Assembly: GCA_021776825.1 (NCBI GenBank)
Contig: JAJFFG010000096.1
Location: forward strand, 55,876-119,875
Reading direction: 5' to 3'
Origin: Planctomycetota bacterium
GTDB taxonomy: Bacteria > Planctomycetota > JAJSAM01 > JAJVHW01
DNA length: 64,000 nt
In this document: positions 56,202-64,000 of the stretch, in pieces
How the letters are laid out: each line of letters starts with the position of its first letter
Position numbering within the stretch: the first letter of the stretch is position 1
The notes under the pieces: generated by a model
Told to the model about the DNA's origin: nothing
Seen by the model: only the letters and a program-made list of their open reading frames with translations
Database searches by the model: none
Program-made: the position numbers and the translations under genes

Positions 56202-56560
56202 GGGCGCGGATCCGGACGGGTTGGGTCTCCTCCGATCCAGCGGGTCCGCTTCGTCAATGGCGCCGTAGGGGCGGACCCCCTGGTCCGCCCCGCCCGTTGG
56301 GGTCATCCGCGCCAGGCGGGTCCACTGGCGCACCGCGGACGACCCTCGTGGTGCGGACGGCCCTCGGTCGATGACCTCGCTCCCGCTTCTTGGCGCATCC
56401 GACCGCTGGTGCGGGTCCGATCCTCGGGCCGCGCCACCTCAATCGGGTCGTACGGGCGGATCTCCTGATCCGCCCCGCCCGCTGGGGTCACGCGCTCATC
56501 TGGGGTCCGATGGCGCTCAGCGATCGAACCTCGTGATCCGGACGGCGAGCGGTCCATAGG
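56151..56560 (+). repeat. Second copy of the GTAG-REP doublet element
   Basis: REPs at 56265-56290 and 56450-56475 identical to 48175-48200 and 48360-48385, same 185-bp spacing. Confidence 0.88.
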
Positions 56561-56630
56561 CTTGCCGCCGGTCACCCACGTCGGGGCTGCCGTTGGACGC
56601 CGACGACCGATCCCCGCGGCCCGCGCGCCC

Positions 56631-57869
56631 CTACCCGCCCAGGTGCCGCCGGACCAGATCCAGCGCGCACTTCGTCGCCAGCTCTCTCACCAGCGCGCGA
56701 TCGCCGGGGAGCAGCAGCCGACGATGCGTCGTGTGCCCCTCGGCGGCAAGGGCGAGGTGCGCCAGACCGACCGGCTTCTCCTCCGTCCCGCCGTCCGGTC
56801 CCGCAATCCCGGTGATGCCGATGCCGAGGTCGGTGGCGAACCGCTCGCGGACGCCATCTGCCAGCGCCCGCGCGACCTCTTCACTCACCGCGCCATGCTC
56901 TTCGATCAGCGCCGCCGGCACCCCGGCCAGCCGCGTCTTCTCCTCGTTCGCGTACGCGACGACACTCCCCGGGAAGATCGCGCTCACGCCGGGCTGCGAC
57001 GTCAACGCCGCCGCGACCAGTCCCCCAGTGCAACTCTCCGCCGTCGAGATCGTCGTGCCGGACCTCACCAGAGCCGCTGCGACGACCTCGGGGAGCGTCT
57101 GCCCGTCCACACCGAAGACGTGTCGTCCCAGGCGCCCCTGTACCTCGGCGACGGCGGCATCGAGGAGCGCATCGACCGCGGCGGCGTCTCCCTCGGCGTG
57201 CAGGATCACTCGGATCACGCCGCGCGCCGCCGTGGTCCCGATGCGCGGACGCGCGTCGCGCGCCATCAGCTCTCCGAGCAGTTCGCCCACCCGGGCTTCG
57301 CGTTCGCCGAACGTCTCGAGGCTCCGCGTGCGCACGACGCGCGTCGTCTCGCCCCGCAGTGCTCGAATGCGAGGCAGCACCTCGTCCGCGAGCACCCCGC
57401 GCATCTCCCGAGGTGGCCCCGGGAGCGCCAACAAGCGCGCCTCCCCGACCCGGACCTCGAAGCCCGGGGCGGTGCCGTACGCGTTCGGAACGATCTCGGC
57501 GCCCTCCGGAAGATCCGCCTGCAAGAGGTTGCTCACTGGCATGTCCTGGCCGCGCCGCGCCCAACGCTCCTCCAGCCAGCGAACCAGTTCCGGTGACCGG
57601 ACGACCCTCGTCCCAGCAGCGCGGGCCGCAGCCACGCGCGTGCAGTCGTCCTCCGTCGGACCGAGGCCACCTGACATGACCACCACGTCCGCCACGGACG
57701 CCGCGCGGAGGATCGCCTCGGCCAGGGCGTCCGGGTCATCGCCGACCACCGCGATGCTGACCACAGTCAGTCCCTCGGCGCTCAGAGCCCGGGCGATCTC
57801 TGCCGCGTTGCGATCCTGCGTCCGTCCCCGGACCAACTCGTCACCCGTCGAGAGGATCGCGGCTCGCAT
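56631..57869 (-). CDS. cinA: CinA-family protein (molybdopterin-binding-like domain + NMN deamidase PncC)
   Basis: STGDELVRG, VGDD, SGGLGPTEDDCT, GTAPG, LPGPPREM, TAESCTGG, TGIAGPDGG…KPVG. Confidence 0.95.
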   Translation of the reverse strand: MRAAILSTGDELVRGRTQDRNAAEIARALSAEGLTVVSIAVVGDDPDALAEAILRAASVADVVVMSGGLGPTEDDCTRVAAARAAGTRVVRSPELVRWLEERWARRGQDMPVSNLLQADLPEGAEIVPNAYGTAPGFEVRVGEARLLALPGPPREMRGVLADEVLPRIRALRGETTRVVRTRSLETFGEREARVGELLGELMARDARPRIGTTAARGVIRVILHAEGDAAAVDALLDAAVAEVQGRLGRHVFGVDGQTLPEVVAAALVRSGTTISTAESCTGGLVAAALTSQPGVSAIFPGSVVAYANEEKTRLAGVPAALIEEHGAVSEEVARALADGVRERFATDLGIGITGIAGPDGGTEEKPVGLAHLALAAEGHTTHRRLLLPGDRALVRELATKCALDLVRRHLGG

Positions 57870-57873
57870 GGCG

Positions 57874-58929
57874 TCAGACCGAGAATCTCACGTTGACGAT
57901 GTCGCCGTCCTGCACGACGTACTCGCGGCCCTCGACGCGGAAGCGCCCGGCCTTCTTCACGCCGGCGAGATCGCCGTCGACGCCGCGGAAGTCGTCGTAC
58001 GAATAGACCTCTGCCCGAATGAACCCGCGCTGCAGATCGGTGTGGATCTTGCCCGCTGCCTCCACGGCCGGACAGCCGGTGGGGATCTCCCACGCGCGCA
58101 CCTCGTCCTCGCCCGTGGTGAAGAACGAGATCGTGCCGCACGCGCGGAACGCGGCGGCGACGACCGACTCGCTGGCGAGGCTCTCGATCCCGAGATCCTC
58201 CATGAACTCGGTGCGATCGTCGTCGTCGAGTTCAGCGATCTCGGCCTCCAGTTTCGCCCGCACCGCGAGGCGCGCCTCGAAGTCGCCCGCAACGCCGGCC
58301 ACGTCCGGTCCGCCCTCGTCCGGCAGCGACAGAACCAACGCGATCGGCTTCTCCGTCAGGAAGCGGAATCCGCGCAGCAGCTTCTGTTCGCCGGAATTGA
58401 GACTGACCGTCTTGACCGCCCGACCGTCCTCGAGCGCTTCGCGCACTCGGTGGAGCGCCTTCAGCTCCTGCTTCTCGATGTCGATCGCGTTGCCGCCCTT
58501 GCGCTCGAGTTTCTCGATGCGTCGCATCGCGATCTCGAGGTCGGCGAACACGAGCTCGGTGAGCACGTTCTCGGCGTCGGCGGCGGGATCCGGCGTGGCG
58601 ACGCGGTACGGGTACGTCGGGTCCTCGAACCCGCGTGCGCAGATGATCAGGCCGTCGGCCTCGCGCGCCGCAGCCAGGAGCTCGCTCAGCTTGGCACCGT
58701 CGATCTCGCCGGGCTCCGGCAGGCCGGGGAAGTCGCAGACCTCGATCGCGACCGGCGTGTACTTCTTCGGCTGGTGGTGATCCCGCAGCCACTCCAGCCG
58801 CTCGTCGCGGACGCGCACGACCGCGATGGCCGGCTGATTGGGACGCGGCGGTATCGGTTCATCTCCGGTGAACGCGCGGAAGAGCGTGCTCTTCCCAGCG
58901 CCTCGGGAACCCACGATCGCAAGCCTCAT
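57874..58929 (-). CDS. ychF: YchF/OLA1-family P-loop ATPase (divergent paralog)
   Basis: GSRGAGKSTLF, VRDERL, DFPGL, FLTEKP, FFTTGEDEVRAW, AGKIHTDLQRGFIRAEV, EGREYVVQDGD. Confidence 0.88.
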   Translation of the reverse strand: MRLAIVGSRGAGKSTLFRAFTGDEPIPPRPNQPAIAVVRVRDERLEWLRDHHQPKKYTPVAIEVCDFPGLPEPGEIDGAKLSELLAAAREADGLIICARGFEDPTYPYRVATPDPAADAENVLTELVFADLEIAMRRIEKLERKGGNAIDIEKQELKALHRVREALEDGRAVKTVSLNSGEQKLLRGFRFLTEKPIALVLSLPDEGGPDVAGVAGDFEARLAVRAKLEAEIAELDDDDRTEFMEDLGIESLASESVVAAAFRACGTISFFTTGEDEVRAWEIPTGCPAVEAAGKIHTDLQRGFIRAEVYSYDDFRGVDGDLAGVKKAGRFRVEGREYVVQDGDIVNVRFSV

Positions 58930-59873
58930 CCCGTCTCCTTCTCCCGCCGGCCGCCCATTAGGCGGCACAGCACGATCCCCACTTCGAACAGCAAGATGAT
59001 CGGCACCATGGTCATCGCCAGCGTGACCGCGTCGCCGGTCGGCGTCAGGAACGCCGCGCCGATGACGCTGCCGACGATGAAGTGCCGCCGGAACGCCACG
59101 AACGTCCGCCACTCCGCGATGCCCATGAGCTGCGCGATCACCATGAGAAGCGGCAGCTGGAAGATCAGCCCGTTGATCAGGAGCATCCCGAGGAACAGGT
59201 TGAACCACTCCCCGATGTCCGGCATCACCTTGACGATGACGTCGGACGCCCCGGTCGCTGCCACCTCAACGGTCGCTGCCACCTCAACGGTCGCACCGGC
59301 CGTCCCGGTCGCGATGGCCGTCCCGGTCTCGACCTTCTCCTCGAGACCGAGCAGCGAGGCTCCCGTGCCGTACCCAACGAAGAAGCGCAGCATCACGGGC
59401 TGAACGACGAAGTAGAAGAAGCTGCCTCCGGCGACGAACAGGAGGTACGAGAACGGCGCGAACACGCGGACGTACTTCTTCTCCCGCGCATACAGGCCGG
59501 CGGCCACGAACTTCCAGAGCTGCCAGATCACCATCGGTCCGGTCAGGAAGAGCCCGAACACAATCGACGCCTTCAGAGCGGTGAAGAACACCGTGGGCAG
59601 GCCGGTGGCGATGAGTTCGCCATCGCCCTCGGCGATCGCCTCTCTCACCGGCGCTGCGATGATCTCGAGCAGCTCGCGATCGAACGCCAGGCAGACGCCG
59701 GTCCCGACCGCCAGCCAGAGCGTCGCGAAGATCAGACGCTTCCGCAGTTCCTCAAGGTGCTGCCCGAGGCTCATCGGCTGGTCGTCGGGAGGGCCGTCGT
59801 CGTCGATCGCCGGTCCTTGTTCGTCGGTCACAGGTCCGTCTTCGTCCGCCACAGGTCCATCTGGGTCCGCCAC
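58926..59873 (-). CDS. tatC: Sec-independent translocase TatC
   Basis: MSLGQHLEELRKRL, WKFVAAGLYAREK, FQLP, RRHFIV, AFLTPTGD, LFEVGI; exact start uncertain. Confidence 0.93.
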   Translation of the reverse strand: MADPDGPVADEDGPVTDEQGPAIDDDGPPDDQPMSLGQHLEELRKRLIFATLWLAVGTGVCLAFDRELLEIIAAPVREAIAEGDGELIATGLPTVFFTALKASIVFGLFLTGPMVIWQLWKFVAAGLYAREKKYVRVFAPFSYLLFVAGGSFFYFVVQPVMLRFFVGYGTGASLLGLEEKVETGTAIATGTAGATVEVAATVEVAATGASDVIVKVMPDIGEWFNLFLGMLLINGLIFQLPLLMVIAQLMGIAEWRTFVAFRRHFIVGSVIGAAFLTPTGDAVTLAMTMVPIILLFEVGIVLCRLMGGRREKETG

Positions 59874-59945
59874 AGGTCCATCGGAACGCGAAGCGGGCCG
59901 TGCGTCCAGAGACGCACGGCCCGCAGGGGGTTGTTCGTGAGCGGC

Positions 59946-61253
59946 TTAATAGCGCGTGAACGAGGAGAGCTGGCTCTCCGTGATGATCGGCGTGCCGTAC
60001 TCCTTGGCCCGACGATACGCATCCGTGTCCTCGAGGTTGTCCACGCCGGGTCCCGGCGTGCCCATCACGAGGTAGTGCGTCGTCGTGAGCACGTCGTTGT
60101 CGATCGAAGCGCCGAGCGACGTCAGACGTGACTCAGCCTGCGACTTCCCCATGCGCGAGAACTCGCCCAGGAGGTGGAAGTGCAACTTGCGGTTCGGCGA
60201 GTACGTGCCGCTCTGGACCAGATCGCCGGAGCCGATCGGGTCGGCGCGCGAGGCCTCCTCGATGACGCGGCAACGCGCGGTCTCCGCGTCAACCGAGGTG
60301 ACCTTGACGATCCCCTTGGCGTACAGGGCGCCGCCCTTGGCGCGACCCAGCACGGTGAACACCGTGCCCGGCATGAGCATGTCGGTCTTGCCGCGATCGA
60401 GAATGGCCATGCCGGCGTCAGCAGCCAGCACCTCGCCGTCGGGACCCTCGGAGACAAACGGAACCTCACGCTGGTTGAGGCGCATGACCTCACCCTTCGA
60501 CTGGCTCAGCTTGTTCGAGAGGTCGGCGACCGTCTTGTCGGACTGCGCGCGGAACTCTTCGAGCTCGCTGCGAGCCGAGTTGAGGTTGCCCTCGAGAGCG
60601 GCGATCTGATCGCGCAGGTCGCTGCCCTGCTCCGCCAGGTTGGCCTGGAGGGCCTGCATCTGCGTCTGCAGATCGCTGATCGTCTGATCCTTCTGGGTCA
60701 GGCTGTTGCCATGGGCGCTCTGCGCCGAGGCGAGTCCGGACTCAGCGGTCGCCTTCTGCTGCACGTGGTGGTTCACGTCCACCAGCATGCGCTTGGCAGC
60801 GGCCAAGACGATGGGGAACACGCTCTCGACCGTGGTGGCGCGAGCGAGCTCGGCCTCCGCCGGCATGTACGTCACGCGGAACTTGCCCTGACCGATCTGC
60901 TCGATCTTGCCGCCGTCACCCGTCGGGGCGAACTTGTCAGTCTCGAACTCGAGCGTGAGCTGCTCGCGCATGCTCGTCAGGAACTTCTGGACGTCGGCGC
61001 CGATGGCCTCCTTGTCCGGATAGCTGTCAGTACCCGCGTAGCCCGTCGAGTCGACCAACTCGAGGAGCCGGTTGTTCATCGCGGTGTACTTCGTCTGCCA
61101 CTCGGACGTAGCGGTCTTGGCGCGCGAGGCGTCGGACCGCAGGTCCTCTTCAACCTTCATGGCTTCGTACCACATGAAGGTCACCACCAACAAAGCGACC
61201 AGGCTGACCACGAACGGCCAGTAGGACATCCCTCTTTCACGTGCCCTGAACAT
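59946..61253 (-). CDS. Membrane-anchored coiled-coil protein with beta-barrel segment and C-terminal BRCT domain
   Basis: N-terminal TM helix (WPFVVSLVALLVVTFMWY); heptad-rich middle; GEVL…ILDRG…GTVFTV…GIVKVT…IGSGDLV; BRCT FHLLGEF…LGASI…THYLVMG…AKEYGTPIITE; start could be 61229. Confidence 0.8.
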   Translation of the reverse strand: MFRARERGMSYWPFVVSLVALLVVTFMWYEAMKVEEDLRSDASRAKTATSEWQTKYTAMNNRLLELVDSTGYAGTDSYPDKEAIGADVQKFLTSMREQLTLEFETDKFAPTGDGGKIEQIGQGKFRVTYMPAEAELARATTVESVFPIVLAAAKRMLVDVNHHVQQKATAESGLASAQSAHGNSLTQKDQTISDLQTQMQALQANLAEQGSDLRDQIAALEGNLNSARSELEEFRAQSDKTVADLSNKLSQSKGEVMRLNQREVPFVSEGPDGEVLAADAGMAILDRGKTDMLMPGTVFTVLGRAKGGALYAKGIVKVTSVDAETARCRVIEEASRADPIGSGDLVQSGTYSPNRKLHFHLLGEFSRMGKSQAESRLTSLGASIDNDVLTTTHYLVMGTPGPGVDNLEDTDAYRRAKEYGTPIITESQLSSFTRY

Positions 61254-61521
61254 CAACGCCCTCCCTCCGGTGAGCCGGAGTCTGGTGCAGTCTCGAATGT
61301 CCGATCCAGACGGATGCGCCCGGTCCCAGCATATCCCAACACGCCAACCCTACGGGAATGCCCATTCCCACCCTGAGGTGGCGCGTCGGAACCGGCGGAA
61401 GATAGCCCCGTGGATTCGCGACGGTCAACGGAAAAAGAGCAACCAGCGATCGTGTCAAGTCGTCGTGCGGCCCCGACTTCCGCGCCGGAGGCCCGCGAGC
61501 CCTCCTCCGCACCGAACGAGG

Positions 61522-61550
61522 TTGACACCGATGAGCGGGGCTCCTAACGT
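61522..61550 (+). promoter_or_regulatory. Putative sigma-70 promoter for coaE-rho
   Basis: TTGACA-17 bp-TAACGT. Confidence 0.55.
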
Positions 61551-61765
61551 CTCCGACCGGCGGGGACACCCCTCCCCGCGCTCGCGAGCCACCTCGGCAG
61601 AACGCGAGCCAACCGCCCTTCGCCGCTCGGCCGATCCGGCGTCCAGACCCCCTCGTGGGACCCTCCGGCGCCCCGTCCGACTGCAGGGAAAACTCCCCCG
61701 TCGTCGATCCGCAGTCCCCGCGTCGCGCGCAATGACCCCGCGCGTCGGAGGCGTTCATCTCGGCC

Positions 61766-62467
61766 GTGACCTTCCCGAACGAACCTGTCAGCGAGCTCCG
61801 CGCCGAACGCACCGTTGCGCCCGTCGTGGGCGTGACCGGGGCGGTCGCTGCAGGGAAGTCCGCGGCCTCGCGAGCGTTCGCCGAACTCGGTTGCACTGTG
61901 CTCGATGTCGATCGCATTGGCCACACGGTGCTCCTCGAGCCCCAGGTGCAGCGCGAGGTGGCCGTCGCCTTCGGCCAGTCGGTCGTCGCCGCTGACGGCT
62001 CGCTCGACCGGAGCGCGCTCGCCGCCGCTGTCTTCGACGACGAGGCAGCCCTCGACCGACTCGAGGCCATCGTGCACCCGCGCGTTCGCCAGAGCGTGCT
62101 CGCGGCGCTGGCGGCGGCGCACGTGGACCGGCCGCGCGCCGCGATCATCGACTGTGCCCTGCTCTTCGAGGGTGGGCTCGATGCTCTCTGCGACGTCACG
62201 ATCTGTGTGACTGCCACCGAGGCCCTGAGGCTCAGTCGAGCCCACGAGACGCGCGGTTGGGATGCGAACGAGGTGCGGCGCCGCGCGGAGCGTCAGCTCT
62301 CGGCGGCGGAGAAGGAGGCCCGGTCGGACCGGGTCCTCGAGAACGAGGCCGATGCGGCGACGCTCGGTCGAGAGGTGGCAGCACTTCTCGACGAGATCGC
62401 CCCGGCCGTGACCACGAACGGCGGGAACCATGCCGCCGGAGGATTGGACGATGTCGGAGAGCGCTGA
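61766..62467 (+). CDS. coaE: Dephospho-CoA kinase
   Basis: [55 protein letters not shown]. Confidence 0.93.
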   Translation: MTFPNEPVSELRAERTVAPVVGVTGAVAAGKSAASRAFAELGCTVLDVDRIGHTVLLEPQVQREVAVAFGQSVVAADGSLDRSALAAAVFDDEAALDRLEAIVHPRVRQSVLAALAAAHVDRPRAAIIDCALLFEGGLDALCDVTICVTATEALRLSRAHETRGWDANEVRRRAERQLSAAEKEARSDRVLENEADAATLGREVAALLDEIAPAVTTNGGNHAAGGLDDVGER

Positions 62468-64000
62468 GACCCACGAGGGCGAGCCCGAGAAGAAGCCGGC
62501 ACGCAAGCCGCGCAAGACGACCCGTCGTCGCAAGGCGCCAGCGAAAGAGGCGCCGCCGACCGACGAGTTCGGCGCCGACCTCGGCCTCGATGTCGCACCG
62601 AAGTCCAGGGCGCGGGCGAAGGCCGAGCCGGAGGCGGCAGCGCCGTCGTCGAGCTCTGAGCGCTCTGAGCGTTCCGAGCGTTCCGAGCGGTCCGAGCGGT
62701 CCGAGCGCTCCGAGTCGCGCGACACGGTCGACGCGGGAGACGGCGGCGCGAGGGGCGATAGCGACGCGAGTTCCGACGCGAGCCTCGGTCCCGGAGAGTC
62801 TGCAGAGGAGGCGCGTCGCCTTCGCGGTCGACGCGGCCGACGCGGTCGACGCCCGCGCCGAGGCAGCCCGGAGTTCGAGATCTTCGACGTCGAGAACGAG
62901 GACTGGAGCGACTACGAACCCGACTCGGGTCGTCCGTCGACGAACATCTGGGAGTTGCAGATGCTTCCGATGGCCGAAGTCCACAAGCTCGCCATCGAGG
63001 ACGGGCTGACGGACTTCGCCGGGGTGAAGAAGCAGGAGCTCATCTTCCGCATCCTCCGCCACAAGATCGCGCAGCGCGACCTGGTCTACGGCGAAGGCGT
63101 GCTCGAGGTGCTGCCCGACGGGTTCGGGTTCCTGCGCTCACCCTGGTACAGCTTCATCGCGGCGCCCGATGACATCTACGTCTCGCCCTCGCAGATCCGC
63201 CGCTTCAACCTGAGCACCGGACAGCAGATCAAGGGCCCCATCCGCCCGCCGAAGGCGAACGAGCGCTACTTCGCGCTGCTCCGCGTGGACGAAGTCGACG
63301 GGCACAAGTCCGATGACCTACCGACGCGCGTCGTGTTCGACGACCTGACGCCCCTCTACCCCGAGGCGCGGCTGATCATGGAGAACGGTGCCGGTAGCAC
63401 GGAGATGCGCGTGATGGACATCATCACGCCCATCGGCAAGGGCCAGCGCGGCCTCATCGTCTCGCCGCCGCGTGCCGGCAAGACCATGATCCTCCAGAAG
63501 ATCGCGGAGTCGATCGCGACGAACCACCCCGAATGCCACCTCATCGTCCTGCTCATCGACGAGCGGCCCGAGGAGGTCACGGACATGCGGCGGAGCGTGA
63601 AGGGCGAGGTGATCTCGTCGACGTTCGACGAGCCGGCGTCGCGTCACGTGCAGGTGGCCGAAATGGTCATCCAGCGTGCACGCCGACTCGTCGAGTACGG
63701 CAAGGACGTCGTGATCCTGCTCGACTCGATCACGCGACTCGCACGCGCCTACAACACCGAGGTCCCCCACTCCGGGAAGATCCTCTCTGGCGGTGTCGAC
63801 GCGAACGCGCTGCAGCGCCCGAAGCGCTTCTTCGGCGCCGCGCGCAACTGCGAGGAGGGTGGCTCGCTCACCATCCTCGGCACCGCACTCGTCGAGACGG
63901 GCTCGCGCATGGACGAGGTCATCTACGAGGAGTTCAAGGGCACCGGCAACATGGAGCTGCACCTCGAGCGCAAGCTCGCGGACAAGCGCATCTTCCCGGC
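62451..64000 (+). CDS. rho: Transcription termination factor Rho with long N-terminal insertion; truncated by the window end
   Basis: GGAGGA RBS; [81 protein letters not shown]. Confidence 0.97.
   Translation, partial: MSESAETHEGEPEKKPARKPRKTTRRRKAPAKEAPPTDEFGADLGLDVAPKSRARAKAEPEAAAPSSSSERSERSERSERSERSERSESRDTVDAGDGGARGDSDASSDASLGPGESAEEARRLRGRRGRRGRRPRRGSPEFEIFDVENEDWSDYEPDSGRPSTNIWELQMLPMAEVHKLAIEDGLTDFAGVKKQELIFRILRHKIAQRDLVYGEGVLEVLPDGFGFLRSPWYSFIAAPDDIYVSPSQIRRFNLSTGQQIKGPIRPPKANERYFALLRVDEVDGHKSDDLPTRVVFDDLTPLYPEARLIMENGAGSTEMRVMDIITPIGKGQRGLIVSPPRAGKTMILQKIAESIATNHPECHLIVLLIDERPEEVTDMRRSVKGEVISSTFDEPASRHVQVAEMVIQRARRLVEYGKDVVILLDSITRLARAYNTEVPHSGKILSGGVDANALQRPKRFFGAARNCEEGGSLTILGTALVETGSRMDEVIYEEFKGTGNMELHLERKLADKRIFP
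62655..62714 (+). repeat. In-frame 9-bp tandem repeat encoding (SER)n in the Rho N-terminal region
   Basis: TC(T/C)GAGCGN x6 plus partial. Confidence 0.9.

Overview
High-GC (about 70% by eye) bacterial chromosomal segment; gene content and style fit a diderm Planctomycetota-like organism (inference). Mostly housekeeping: rpsU-rpiB; a type II secretion/pseudopilus cluster (gspD-E-F-G-G'-H-I-J); a solo PrkA AAA+ kinase; a secreted HEAT-repeat protein; cvpA-nadD; miaA; a minus-strand menG-ubiX-ubiA-orf-holA-mutL run; ruvB-spoIID-tgt; bamA-skp-lpxC/fabZ-lpxA-Gfo/Idh/MocA followed by a GNAT/deacetylase fusion; dnaB; glmU-prs-rplY-pth-rpsF-rpsR-rplI divergent from tRNA-Gln(TTG); tatC-ychF-cinA; coaE-rho (truncated). 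The unusual signals are: (1) small CTAG-bounded inverted-repeat elements (a 241-bp MITE and a 62-63-bp family) that sit on TAG stop codons and bracket mutL on both sides; (2) a 453-bp tandem duplication of gspG whose copy kept the head domain but rewrote the prepilin N-terminus; (3) a composite GTAG-REP element present twice, once amplified into a ~195-bp tandem array behind tRNA-Gln; (4) an HNH nuclease gene between 38-bp palindromic direct repeats; (5) an ESCRT-III/Snf7-like helical ORF and a membrane-anchored coiled-coil BRCT protein. All product calls come from motif recognition by eye, with no database searches.
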